A stretch of DNA of 63,963 nucleotides, filler included, from Dugesia japonica (GCA_001938525.1; 6 parts of 6 records of this genome joined end to end with filler, not necessarily neighbours in it); one strand, 5' to 3'; shown: positions 25,900 to 38,329, counted from the first letter of the whole stretch. Numbers and translations are program-made. The notes: generated by a model from the letters alone, not told the origin.

Positions 25900-26319
25900 T
25901 TATTTGATTATTTCATGATAATCCAATGACTTTAGTCCGAGAATAACAACTTTTCCACTTGCAAAAACATTGACACATAATGGCTTGTATTTGTTGACTT
26001 GTAATGCAGGAAATAATTCTTATTCGAACCAACAATCTAATACACTGTTCAGCTTAAATAAATGCACTCCTAGTACAAGATCACATGTGACAGTAATTGA
26101 TTGGAAACCATCTATTTGGATATTGACATTTTTGCAAGTGATTTGTTTATCCGAGATTGGTTTTTTGGATCCCATGATGCGACATTTTCCCGATTCAAAA
26201 ACAATTACTGAATAATCTTTAATTTTCACTACACATTGTCTGGATTTTTTCCAGGTATTAAATTGAAGATCTGAAGGTGAATCAATTAGATGAGCTCTGT
26301 AATTATTATTAGATAACAT
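25900..26319 (-). pseudogene. Compact TBP-like protein encoded in the Polinton (about 140 codons, one internal stop)
   Basis: MLSNNNYRAHL..YSVIVFESGKCRIMGSKK..FQSITVTCDL..CWFE*ELFPALQVNKYKPLCVNVFASGKVVILGLKS, compared with TBP LIFSSGKMVCTGAK and YEPELFPGL..KP..LLIFVSGKVVLTGAK. Intronless. Confidence 0.85.
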
Positions 26320-26383
26320 TGTTTGATGAATGATCAATAATCATGTGCTTATATACTCTTTTTGTATAAACAAAATAATTTCT

Positions 26384-27816
26384 ATGGTTTCTGTAAAGTT
26401 TTACTACAAAACAACGCGGTTTTTCAAATAGTTGGTCCTAGTGGAAGCGGCAAAACATTATTTTTTTGCAAGTTACTACAAAGCAAATTGTTTCGAACAA
26501 AATTTCAAACATATTTATTGGCATCAAGGTGGTAGAAGTGAAGCTGCTTGACTAATGGTAAATTTGGCAAGTTTAGAAATATTTCGATAATTGATGGATT
26601 CAATGAGGAGTAACAATAACTGCTTGTCATGGTAATGTAACTGTCATCTTCATCACTAAAAATATTTTCCATCAAGACGGTATGCATCGTACATGTAATT
26701 TTAATTTCCATTATTTGGTTTTATTCGAAAATCGGCGAGATCAAACTGTGGTTGATTATGTTTCTCNTCAAGCATTTCCTCGCAATGAAGAATTTTTATC
26801 AGATGCACTTATTATTACAAAACTACATGGATATTTATTTATTGATTTTGTTGAGGTTTGAATAGTTAAACAAATAAGCAAGCAGTATATACAAGCAAGC
26901 AATGCATACAATACATAATAAACACAGCAGAACAAATTTTCAAATCAATATCGATCGCAAAAACCCTCAAATCAATATCGATCGCAAAATCCTTGAATCA
27001 ATATCGATCCCTGAAAATCAATCAAATTCAAGTGTGTGGACACTATATTTTTTAAGACATTATGTTTGGTGATGTTATATGTTATTTTATTATATATTAT
27101 TTTTATTAATTTAATCCAATGCTGACAGTAAATTATGACATTATATTTTATTTGGATTGGAATTCGATGAAAATTTCGAAAATTTATTAGTTTATGTTAT
27201 TGTATTTGATAACAATAATAATCATGAATATAATTGATGTTTATTCATGTAAATAATTTTAGAAAATTGAATATAATTTATGTTTAACAATAATAATCAT
27301 GTAAATATGTTTGGAAAATGTTTATAAAATAATTGTAAAATTAATGTTAGACACTAGGTCAATGCATGAAGACCTAGTGTGAGTTTTACTATAAATACTG
27401 ATGTATATCAGTTCAGTCTCAGACAAAATTTAATTTAGAGAACNNNNCTCTTTGATTGGCTTCTCTACTTTAAAATTAAACTGAGCGCTATAAGCTGTAG
27501 TATCCTAATTTTGGTGTAAAATAATTATTATAGAAGTACGTATTGAGTTTTATTTGAATAAGGAAATTTACATATATCAGTTATTTATATTTTTGCTTAA
27601 ACAATATTAGTATATAATAGTTGTATTTATATACATACAAAGGGAAAATCAAATCCCCTAAAATCATCATTGGAAATTATATCTTATAGTTTGAAAAGAA
27701 AATTCGAACCACAAAATCTTTTGTTGAGTTAAATACCCAACAATTTTACGCAACAATGTCCTAATGATGAACGAGTAAAAACCGATATATTCAATTCGGA
27801 AGGAATAACGGTTTAA
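26384..27816 (+). pseudogene. Polinton A32/FtsK-like packaging ATPase, interrupted by a solo LTR
   Basis: FQIVGPSGSGKT (Walker A) and HGNVTVIFITKNIFHQ..RTCNFNFHYLVLFENRRD..HGYLFIDF|TQQCPNDERVKTDIF. The frame rejoins once 26849-27746 is removed. Confidence 0.9.
26849..27742. mobile_element. Solo LTR (894 bp)
   Basis: TGTTGAGGT...ACCCAACA ends with a 4-bp TSD ATTT (26845-26848 and 27743-27746). Confidence 0.85.
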
Positions 27817-28069
27817 AACTCATGGGTATAAAGAAAACTAGTACTTAATAAAAAAGAAAACAAAAAATAAATAAATTTTAAAAGGTTTTCATCAAACAAA
27901 AGAGTTGTGGTGCTGGTAATTTGAAACTATTTTCTCGAAGTATTCCATACTTTAAGGCATTTTCAAGAGCTCCATCTAATTCTCGATGGCAAATTAGGCA
28001 CTCAATGCTGGTATTTGTAATGAACGATTTCATTCTTGTTTTGCAACAAATGTTTTTGAGCCGAGCCAA

Positions 28070-28361
28070 TGTTAATCAAAAAAATGGAAAATATTGATTG
28101 AATAAGTATCAATAAGCTCTTGTAGATATGGCAAAAGCAATGAACCTGGGAGCAAAGAAACGAATACTTGAAAGGCATTTTCTTATACAACGTAAAAACA
28201 AGAACAAAGACAAAAAACAAGTTTTTTATGGTAAAAGTGGGAATGGATTTGTTCGAGCTGCAGTTTTACCAATTATACGTTTGTTGGGTAAAGCAACTTC
28301 AACCAGTGCAGTTGGGGCTGCTAAAGAATATGCTACAAAGAAAATTATTGGTTCTGCATAA
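28070..28361 (+). pseudogene. Small basic Polinton core-like protein
   Basis: Basic ORF with KSGNGF followed by an amphipathic segment VLPIIRLLG; lies between the ATPase and the integrase. Confidence 0.5.
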
Positions 28362-28395
28362 AAAATTTAAATTCTTATTGATATTGCAATATAAA

Positions 28396-29456
28396 TGAGT
28401 GTTGCACCTTCTTCTTATATTCCAAACATTTCATTAAATATTCGTTGATGTGTTTTGCGCGATCAAGTTGATGGAACAACTATGATACAATTTAAAGGAT
28501 CCGATTGGATATACCTGTATTTCAAAGCTTGCAAATGCTGCAAGTGTTTCGGTAAAAGAGACGTAAAAATAGTTAGGTAACCAATTATTATATAGTTTGA
28601 ATAGACTAATGCGAAAACGATTTCCAACACATAAATCTATTATTGCTGGTGTTAATAGACTATGACAAATGAATTAGGTGGAAAAGATTCCATATGCAAG
28701 AATAAATAATGATTATAGATATATTTTTACATGTGTTGCTGTATTTGACCAAGTAGCACTTGCAGTTCCAGTAAAACGGAAATCTGGAAAAGATATTCTT
28801 TTGGTTTTGACGGTAATGTTTAAAGATATTCACAAGAAAGCTATTTAAACCAATTTGGTTAAAGAGTTTTACAATACTCAGGTCAAATCATTACTGAAAC
28901 AATATGGAATACTGCACTATTCAATATTTTCTCAGTACAAGGCTAGTACAGTATTGTTGAGCGATTTCATCGAACAAGGTAACAAAAATGGATAAATGCT
29001 TTTCCAAAAATGATTTATGCATACAATCATTCTGAACACAGATGTATTGGAGGACAAAAACCAGTTGATGTTACAGATGATGATGATTATACACAGTATT
29101 TTATCAATAAAAAGCCAAAACCCAAATATAAAATTGGACAACATGTACGGATTTCTCGAATTGGTACTCGGCCATTCATTGAAAACGTTGATAATAATTG
29201 GAGTGATGAAGCTTTTCAAATCTCAAAAATCAACACGAGACAGACCCAACTCATATATGTAATACATGAACAAGATGGTAATATTATTCAAGGCAAATTT
29301 TATGATCAGGAATTGCAAGTATCACCTGAAAAACCAAGTATATATCGAATCAAATCAATTCTCAAAACCAAAGGTCCAGAGCAATTTAAACAATATCTAA
29401 TTGAATGGCATGGCTTTTCAAAGCCTACGTGGACTCAACTATCTCAAATCCAATAA
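28396..29456 (+). pseudogene. Polinton retroviral-like integrase with C-terminal chromodomain
   Basis: NNDYRYIFTCV..AVPVKRKSG..KEFYN..YAYNHSEHRCIG..YKIGQHVRISR..NWSDEAF..GKFYDQELQ..QYLIEWHGF. Confidence 0.92.
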
Positions 29457-30776
29457 TGAATTTCTATATGGATTTGCCAAGCTATAGTTGCCCAAGAACT
29501 TGAACTGATAATAATGCGAGCAAATATTTGGTCGACTATAAGAATACTATCAATTTAAAAGATGACCATTGGGAAGTTGCCATGACGGAATTTGTTTTCA
29601 ATAATTGTTCACAGACTATACTGAAAGGTTCAAATATTGAACATAAAATACAAAAAGTGATGGAAATTGAAGATAAATTTCAATTAAGAGTTGTAAATGG
29701 TAGTCTTCAACTTAATAATACCGTCCCTATCAATACCATCCCTAAATATAACTGGTTTTTTATTTTCCAATGAAAAGAAAGTAGTATTGAAAACAGATTG
29801 TCAAGAAGAAATGGAGTTTAAATCGTTATCAGATGCAGAAAACTTTAGATTCAAATTAATAAATACCAAAAATAAGAAGCCATTAGTTTCAGTTAGTGAA
29901 TCTGATTAGCAGTTGATTCTGGAAAATATACCATCAATATCTTAAAAATTAAAGTTTAATACTATTGATGAAAGAAAGGCTAAAATAAAAGAAATTGAAG
30001 AAAATGTAAATGTTGAGATTAAAAATTGAAAACCTGTTGTTTCTGGATTGAAAATTTAAAAGAATTGCGAATTAATGGTGAAAAGAAAATAATTATCAAA
30101 TCTGATTGCAATATGAGATTAGAGTTTAATTAATTGTTTGATGATCGGTTACTGGGGTTTAACTCACAAAAGATGAAAAACAATCCGATGTATTCATTTA
30201 TCGAATCAGATACTCAAATATTGGATATTGTTAAATTAAAATTTACTGAAATCAAAACCGAAATGAATTATTTTGAATTTGAAAGTGATTTATTGGTTAC
30301 GGATAATCTGGTTACATCATTTATAAAATTATGACATAAAATATTTAAAGAATTTGTGATAGAATCAAAATGTGAACTGGTCATTTGATGAGAGTCTTTT
30401 GCTAGTACTCGGTCTTGGTTCTGCAAAATTCTACAAGTCTACATAACAAGTAAAGGGTTTGCATAAACCGTTATTACATGGTAGTATCCGACAAATATAT
30501 ATTTAATCATCAATAATCGATCCCATTCTGATTGGTGATATACGCGTGCTACTTTTAAGGAGTTTATGGGTTGATAGTAAAAAGCATTTATTTGGCAATG
30601 TTGTACATGTAAGACTTAAAAATTTAATGTATTTACCTGTATCATCATCTTCCATCAACAAAATTAAAGTAAACATACGTGATAATGCAAAAAGATTGAT
30701 TGTATTCCCATATGGATCAAAAACAAGTTTAACTCTACATTTTCGACAATTTTATTACAATTTGATTTATTACTGA
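29456..30776 (+). pseudogene. Polinton minor capsid (penton) protein
   Basis: N-terminal FYMDLPS..NNASKY..L...WEVAMTEF; C-terminal SIIDPILIGDIRVLLLR..YLPV..I.VNIRD..TLHFR. Confidence 0.85.
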
Positions 30777-30777
30777 A

Positions 30778-31118
30778 ATGGTTGATCGAGCTATTATCAC
30801 AATGTATAATTGTCCATAAATGGGTGGAGACTTGCCATATTTTACCTGTAGTCAACAACAACAAGGCGGTGGAAATTGACTGCATAGAATTGGACGTTTT
30901 GCAATTCCAACTTTGCAGAAATTCAGACTTCCAATAGCAAAGTTAGTAGGGCAAGCAGCACTAAAACCTTCGATGATATTATAAACCAGAAGTAGTCATT
31001 TAAAGAATCAATCAAAAACCAAGCGATGAATATGTTGCCAGATGTGAAGAAAAATGCACTTAGTGCATTAAAGAAAGTTGTTGATGGACAGCATGAAAGC
31101 TCTACATTTGAAAAATAA
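30778..31118 (+). pseudogene. Polinton core-like protein with glycine motifs
   Basis: MGGDLPYF..QQGGG..IGRFAIP..TFEK*. The same TIFEK* ending precedes the MCP at 59.3 kb. Confidence 0.7.
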
Positions 31119-31786
31119 CCCAAAAGATTCTATAACTGGGTATGCTGGACAAGTAATTGAATTCAATATTATTGGTTCAGATAATGATTACTTGGATTCG
31201 AATAATACGTTGCTCATTATTAAAATGAAGACTGTGAAACATGATGGGGACGGATTTTGCATCAACTGATACTACCGACATGGTTCTTTCCAATTATTTG
31301 CTTCACTCTCTATTCAAAGAAGCATCATTAACACTAAATAATATAAAGGTTAAAGACACAAATGATGCGTATATGCAAAAGGCGGTAATTTTGGAATGGA
31401 TACAAAAACACTTTTCTTAAAGCCATTGGTTTTCATAAAAAAGAAGACAAAAGAAAAGGTTTTATTAAAAGATCTGCAAACCTAACGCTTTCTGGTGCAC
31501 TTAATGTGGATTTCTTTGATAAACCAAAGTATCTATTGCCGGGAGTCAATATTAAAATTAAATTGACGAGAAATGTGAGTTTGATAATTCACAAATATAC
31601 TTAAGACGTTAAAGAAACAGTTAAGATGAATTCACAACCGTATATTATAGAGGCAAAATTGATAATGGGATGTGCTTTTGCTGATCATTTGGTTATGATT
31701 GAACATCATCAAGGATTGGAACATTGAAATACAATCTACTCTTTCCAGAAAACAAAAATCGTACATTTTCCAATTCCAAAAAACTC
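31119..31786 (+). pseudogene. Polinton major capsid protein, partial (both ends deleted)
   Basis: PKDSI..VIEFNIIGSDNDYLD..T, NYLLHSLFK and GALNVDFFDKPKYLLPGVNIKIKLTRN. Confidence 0.88.
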
Positions 31787-31985
31787 ACATGTTGAGCATT
31801 GAATTGCTATTCATGTCAAACCGAAAATTATTCGTGTATTTGATCTAATGAGTATGTTTTATTCATCATTGCCGGTAACAGAATTGTAGCGTATGCAACA
31901 GCCTGTTGAATACAATCAAATCATGTATCAGAATTCATTGAAATTTTTATGTGGACAATATTGTATCGAATGGCTGAAAACCTAG
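31787..31985 (+). pseudogene. Adenain-like cysteine protease, C-terminal part
   Basis: EH(W>*)IAI...RVFD...YQ...CGQYCI contains the His, Asp, Gln and Cys motifs. Confidence 0.82.
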
Positions 31986-32479
31986 TATAAACAATGTTAA
32001 TGTGATTATCAAAAATATTTAAAATTTCTGTGTTTTAATTGATTATGAAGCCTTTCAGGATAAAATGGTTACTATTTAATCAAATATTTATGTATAATGG
32101 ATGTGGATAATATTCTTCAATAACCGTTTTATTACATGTTTGCCATGACGGAATCAATGGGTAGTTTATCAAAATCTGCTCAGACTGGTGGATTGATAGA
32201 GATTGTAAATTTGATCCAATTCGAATTTCTAATGATGCTTTGTTTTATGTGAATGATCACGTGATTGGAAAGAAAATCAATACTCTCAAAATAATTTTCC
32301 TGAGTCTTCGAATTGTCAATTATAACTTAAATGAACAATTATGTATAATAGATAATATTTCCTGTCCATATTATAATAATGAGGATTATTGTGCATTATA
32401 AAGATCAATACGCCATGGTTCTAATTTTTAATACAAAAATAATGTGAAATTTTTCATGTTAATTAAAACAAAAAAATTA

Positions 32480-33230
32480 TTTTACAATTGCAATTATTGC
32501 GAGAATAATTGTTGGACATAACCATTGATCGTTTTATAGAATTCATTTGATGTAAAAGCTTTGATCAAAATTCAGGTTTTAATTATTGATGTTGGATAAC
32601 AATTCGATATTTCGACTTTGTCTTCGTCAGGAATTGACTTTTTTAATTTATTCAATATTTATGTTTATAATAGTAATAATTTTTGAAATAATTTATTTTT
32701 ATTAAATTTTAATTGGATAATTTTAATTTTTATTTTATATTTAATTATTTAATTTAATTATTGTAAATTATATTTATTTTAGGACTGCTTTCCTTGATTA
32801 TTATTTCTTCATGTTTTTTTCTATGTAGTGGAGAAATGTAGCCTGTTCCTAGTGTTTTCCATGTAATGGGATGTTGTTCTGGTGAAATATTATGTTTGTG
32901 TTGAAAGTGTTTGAATACTTCACTTTCTTTTTGTTTGAAATGCTCCTTAACTCTTGTTCGTACGGTTCTGCATGTTTCACCTATATATGTTTCTTGAAAA
33001 ATTGTGCATGTTATTTTATAAGTGACATTTTTCTTATTGCATATATTTCTACCATCGCAAATGTATTTGGGCCCACAAAAAGTTTATCTTGGTTTCTGTA
33101 ATTGGATGCCCAAAGGTGCTTGCGTTTTGAAAATAATTCTTGTATTGTGTTTGAGTTTTACATTTTTTATTATATTCTGCATGATTTGACTACATTTCTC
33201 ATTATTAAACGGTAATTTAATAAAGTAGAT
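32480..33230 (-). mobile_element. Penelope-like element 3' part: GIY-YIG endonuclease plus pseudo-LTR
   Basis: KNVTYKITCTIFQETYIGETCRTVRTRVKEH..EEIIIK...PKIN, followed by the hammerhead-bearing repeat. Confidence 0.9.
32600..32636 (-). ncRNA. Minimal type I hammerhead ribozyme (intact core)
   Basis: CAATTC-CTGACGA-A-GAC-AAA-GTC-GAAA-TA-TC-GAATTG: stem I CAATTC/GAATTG, stem II GAC/GTC, palindromic ATAT in place of stem III, AUC cleavage triplet. Confidence 0.75.
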
Positions 33231-36200
33231 GGATAGTGGGAGTAAAGAACAGCACACATTCAGTAGAACACCCCCCCCGCCCCCTATACGTAATCGGATT
33301 ATGACATAACTGTTTTTAAATTTTTCTAATGTAAATAGGCGGCNNNNNNNNNNNNNNNNNNNNNNNNNNNNNNNNNNNNNNNNNNNNTTAATTAATTAAN
33401 NNNNNNNNNNNNNNNNNNNNNNNNNNNNNNNNNNNNNNNNNNNAATAATAATAATAATATATAAAGACAATATACAATTACAGGAATTATTGCGGGAATA
33501 ATTTTGGTACTTCGTGAGTGATCGCAATTTGGAAGTTTCAATAAATTGAAAAGTTTTGATCAAAATATTTTTTTTAATATTTTTTATTATTATTTATATT
33601 CTTTAAATTGTTAGTATTTCAAATTTTTGATAACTATTTTCTTAAGGAATTAATTTTTTGATTTATTCAAGATTTATTTATTGTAATGGAACAACTTTTG
33701 GATTTTATTTTATTTTATTGAATTTTAATTGGTTATTTCATTTAATTGATTTTAAGTTTGTCTTAAAAGTTTATCTTTATAGTTTTTCTTTAATTAGTAA
33801 TTAATATAACTTTAAAAATCAATACCAAATTTGAAACTATATTGATTTTCAAAATATAAATTATAACTTATAAACTTTAAACTACTATTACAATTTTCAT
33901 AAGCTTAATGGAACTACACATATTAATACGCCACGATTAACATAGCAATTTTCAGACTGAAAACCCCATTGCTTGGCACCATAGATTGGATGTCGCAGGG
34001 AAATCAGCTTACAGGACTTTCACAGCTCGAACTAACCAATTATTGCATCTATTATGTATCTTTTAACTAATTATGCGTATCCTTTTGATGATCTAATGAT
34101 GAAACCTATTCAAAGGCAGATAATTCTAAGAGGATTTGAAAGAACCTAACTGTAAACACTAGAATACGCGAACAATTAAATACGATGTGGTGTACTCATT
34201 TTTGCACTGAAAATACAAAAGGTTATCTCTAATCAAACACCAGCCAGGCTCAGTCGACATTGTTCACTTTATGAGTACTAACGATGTCTAGTTCTGCTTA
34301 ACCTCCAAGATCTGGTGTACCCTACATAGTATGATAATTAATCAATTTAAATAATTTTTTTTGGTTCAAAATTTTATTATCAAAATAAATATAATGAACA
34401 AATCCAACAAAAATAATTAATTCATATTATCCTACCAAAAATTTCAATAACTACACTTTTAATCGTATTGTTCGCCTAAACATTTCATCCAAACAAATTG
34501 CATAACACTAAACAAATTACATTTCCAAAATTATAAATGTCCAAACGATACACACATACATAATAAGTTAGGAAAATTTTTTCGACCAATGAAATTATCA
34601 ACCACTTTGGCAATAGAAACTATTTACACCCGGTGGGATGAGGGGTGATCTGGCACTGCTCTACTTTTGCGGTGAGAAGGAAGCATTTTCGATAGTAATC
34701 CCCTAGGAAACATATAGATAGTTTTTTAATCACAGTCGAATTGTGATGATCAAATTTAATTTAGTAATTTAGTTTTACATTATTTTACAAATATTTTCGA
34801 AATTCNNNNNNNNNNNNNNNNNNNNNNNNNNNNNNNNNNNNNNNNNNNNNNNNNNNNNNNNNNNNNNNNNNNNNNNNNNNNNNNNNNNNGAATTTCTTGT
34901 GTTTTGAATATTAAAACGATGTTATATAAAATAAATAATTCACCTACACGCCAAATTATTTATAGGAGTCAGAAATCTTTGTTAGAAAACTTACATCCCA
35001 CTAGGAATCTAACATAATGATATCAATAGTCATAGCCATACAACAATTTTCAGCCAGTTTAATTAAAAACCGAAATTCTAAATTCTTGCGTGAATATCCT
35101 ATCAATCAAAGGCAAAATATTTTTCTCTACTGAAATGTGACGACCAGTCAAAAGGAAAAGTTTTCATATCACCAAAATTAACGTATCACTTTTCCGGAGG
35201 GGGAACGGAGATGAGAGTGATCCGGTTTTATAATATATTACTACTTACTAGTTATTTCATTGTTTACCATTAGCTGAAGGATAACAACAACAGTATATTA
35301 TTTTATATCTGTGTAAATAATGTTTTATTACTTTTTTTCCTACTTCATAAAGTAATAAATTATTTATTTCATTAAATTGCTAATGATTTGATCAGTGAAC
35401 ATATTTACTTTAGATTTTCATGAAATTCTTCTTGAAAATTTCCAGTCCAAGAGAATATAAATGATCATGTCAAATTGTCAGTTCTATATTAATCATTCTA
35501 CAATAGACTCCTCAAAGTCTACCATAAATAATCTGGATTAGTGTCAGTCTTGATGCAGATAGGAAAATTTTTATTTTTCTGTCGATATTGATTAATAAGT
35601 TATTTATAATATAATATTATATTATAAATTGATATTATAATATTTTTATAATATTTTTATTTATAATATTTTTAATAATAATAGTAATAACAATAATTAA
35701 TATTATTATTTATTTTATATTGATGATTAATTAAAACAAATATAAATTTAGTATAATATATCAAAATATTATGAAAAAATTTAATTTTGTCTACACTGGA
35801 AGCATTTCATTCAAGTGTGTACTAAATTGTTACTCTATATGGTATAAGATCTTATCGTAGCTCTCAATAATGTTAAATAATTTCTAGATGACACTTATCC
35901 TGTACGCATAACGCAATTATTAGAGATGGTAAATCCACTTGAACTGTTCAATTCTCTTGATACAATATAATTTAATGAAATTCGGGACAAAGTCATCATT
36001 TAATGGCTGATTTACTGTTGATAAAATGTATCAACAATCCGATTAAGATATTTATATCTTCATTTAGTTAACGTATCAACTTCGAGTAATTGAAAATCAT
36101 CCGTTTTTTAGCATTCAGCCTTCAATTTTGCTTCATCGTGTGTGGGTGAATAATATTTTCAGTATTTGTTACTTAGCTCAGTTTACTGGGTTGCTTTAAA

Positions 36201-36499
36201 GATGAGAAAATGTTTTATTCATGATTTTTGTTTATCTGTAAATGCAGTCACTCATGCGTGATACGAAATATGTAACTAGCAATGCCCGTATCAATCAGTT
36301 TAATTATGATAATATGTCATCAATAATTATCGTGGACAATAAACATAATTGTTGTTCAATTAATGATGCTTTTAAGTCAAGCTTGGACTTTCGTTTTAGA
36401 AAAGGTGATATGTTTTGTTGAGTTCAAATTTGGTCAAATCTTTTAGATTAATAATTGAAAGTATCTTTACTCAATTCTGCTTCTTTTGTCACATAAAGT

Positions 36500-37530
36500 A
36501 GCAATTATCAGTTCTCTATTGTTTTTCATAATATGATACTTACTAAATTGGTTAATAAGACTATTCTTGTGGGCCATCGCTTCTTCCTTCTATGATCGAA
36601 TTTAATAATTTTGTTTTGTCTTTTATTTTTTAACCTCTTGGTGAGTCGTCTAGCACTGAACATAAATAGCGTATTTATTTCCTTTATTTTATTACTATGA
36701 TCCAGGTTTGAAATTGTTATGTTATTGATTTTCTCGTTGTTATCATACACGTGATTACCTTATGAGCTGTTCTGAGTATTAATCTCCTTCCTTATAGATA
36801 GAGCTTAGAATACATGCGTTGCATGTGATACATTACCCTTTTTGTGCTTCATCATCGAGTAAGATTCATACGCAGTTACTCTCTTATTTTTTTAAATCTC
36901 TTTTTGACGGTACTTATAGGTATTTGTATACAAGGTCTTTTCTTAAATTCGGAAAACATAAGAACGCTACCTTCAATGGATCTTTTGTAGCAATTGCAGA
37001 TGCCTAAACAACGTCGAAGGTTCTTTACACAATCTGGCTTTCCAAATTTGTGTTTTTCCTTATCTTTACTTTTTGTTAGATTAAATTCAAAGAACCCTTG
37101 CAATTCCACTCATCCAATGAAATCTGGAGTCATTTTCTCAATCACTGTGAATATAACTTCCTTAGAATTATTTCCGATCGTTACTATCTCGTCGTAGACT
37201 TGTCTGCTCGTTGTAATTTATCGTCAATCCACATTAAAACAGTTTATACTCATGACAACGTTGTCTAAAAATATTTGAACTTCTCCTCATTAATTATTAC
37301 TATCACACTCAGCCTTCCTATTAGCTTGTTACACGAAATTTAAAATTTTCAACTTCCATTCCTTTAGAAACCTATAACATTTCTCGCCTATGTTTCTCAT
37401 ATTGTCGTAGGTTCTCGTCCCATTTTGACAGTAAATGGTTCTGGTGATTGTATAAGTGGAATCCTTGCAGAAATAAATGTATTTAAAGTCCTTAAAATGT
37501 GTTGTTTTGTAGACTTTTTGTTTCAAGATT
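36500..37530 (-). mobile_element. Heavily deleted Gypsy gag-pol remnant
   Basis: KEVIFTVIEKMTPDFIG (end of protease), KPDCVKNLRRCLGICNCYKR (RT-RH connection) and RNase H-like fragments. Confidence 0.65.
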
Positions 37531-38329
37531 TAATATAAGGTGATATGTATTTCATGAAGTTTATTATTTATCTGCAGAGGCAGAGATAGAAAATTATGAC
37601 AAGTTATAGTTACGTAGTGTCAATGAATTAATTAAACCAATTGATGGTAGAAGAGTAAATTAAATTAGATTTCGGATTTTCTATTCGTAATAAAGTAACC
37701 ATGTAAAGAGAACATCTTAAGCGAATTAACCTCTATAAAATCACTAATCAGTAATGTAACAACCAATTTTAATTAAATGTTATATTAAATTAATCGTTTC
37801 CTTAACTATAACTTATTGTTAAATAGTTTAGTTTCTATTAAACCCGAGGAACCTATGTTTAGAAGAAATGTAATGAATTTTCATACTAAATGAAAAGACA
37901 AAAAACAAGCTTTGAAAGTAGAGGTGTTGCGCTTGAAAGCTTCGCTCAATAATTCTGAAACGAGACGTCTCCAACATAAGGAGCGGGAGCTGACATTTCA
38001 ATCGGCCAATCGTCTGAAAGCTGAACTTATCAAATGATCAGTGAACTTTGCGACTCTCCGTACCCTCTGAAAGGCATTTCAGAAGGAGAAAGAAGGTACG
38101 GCAAATACTAAGAGAGATACTGTAGATTTTTACGAATTATGGAATAAATAAAATTGGGTGCTAACACTTTAATTTTATCACTAATTTGGTAATGCGAAGC
38201 CAATAACAAATGATTTGGATAAATCAAGTAGTTCTATGGTTATCAAAATAAATGACTCAGTTTAACGAGTGTTGTTCAATAACATCGACAGAATAAAATG
38301 CGATATCGCAAAGTTTCGCTGAACCGGGA

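Larger units (their letters stand above)
25850..32440. mobile_element. Decayed Polinton/Maverick (adintovirus-like) endogenous element
   Basis: Gene order TBP-like(-), ATPase, core-like, integrase, minor capsid, core-like, major capsid, protease. Genes are tightly packed, for example a TAATG overlap at 29454-29458. Confidence 0.92.

Noticed and set aside
25900-26319. Host TBP/TRF gene or recent processed pseudogene
   Set aside because: Far too diverged and shortened for the highly conserved host TBP core, packed against a viral ATPase, and has a diverged homolog in a second Polinton-like context.
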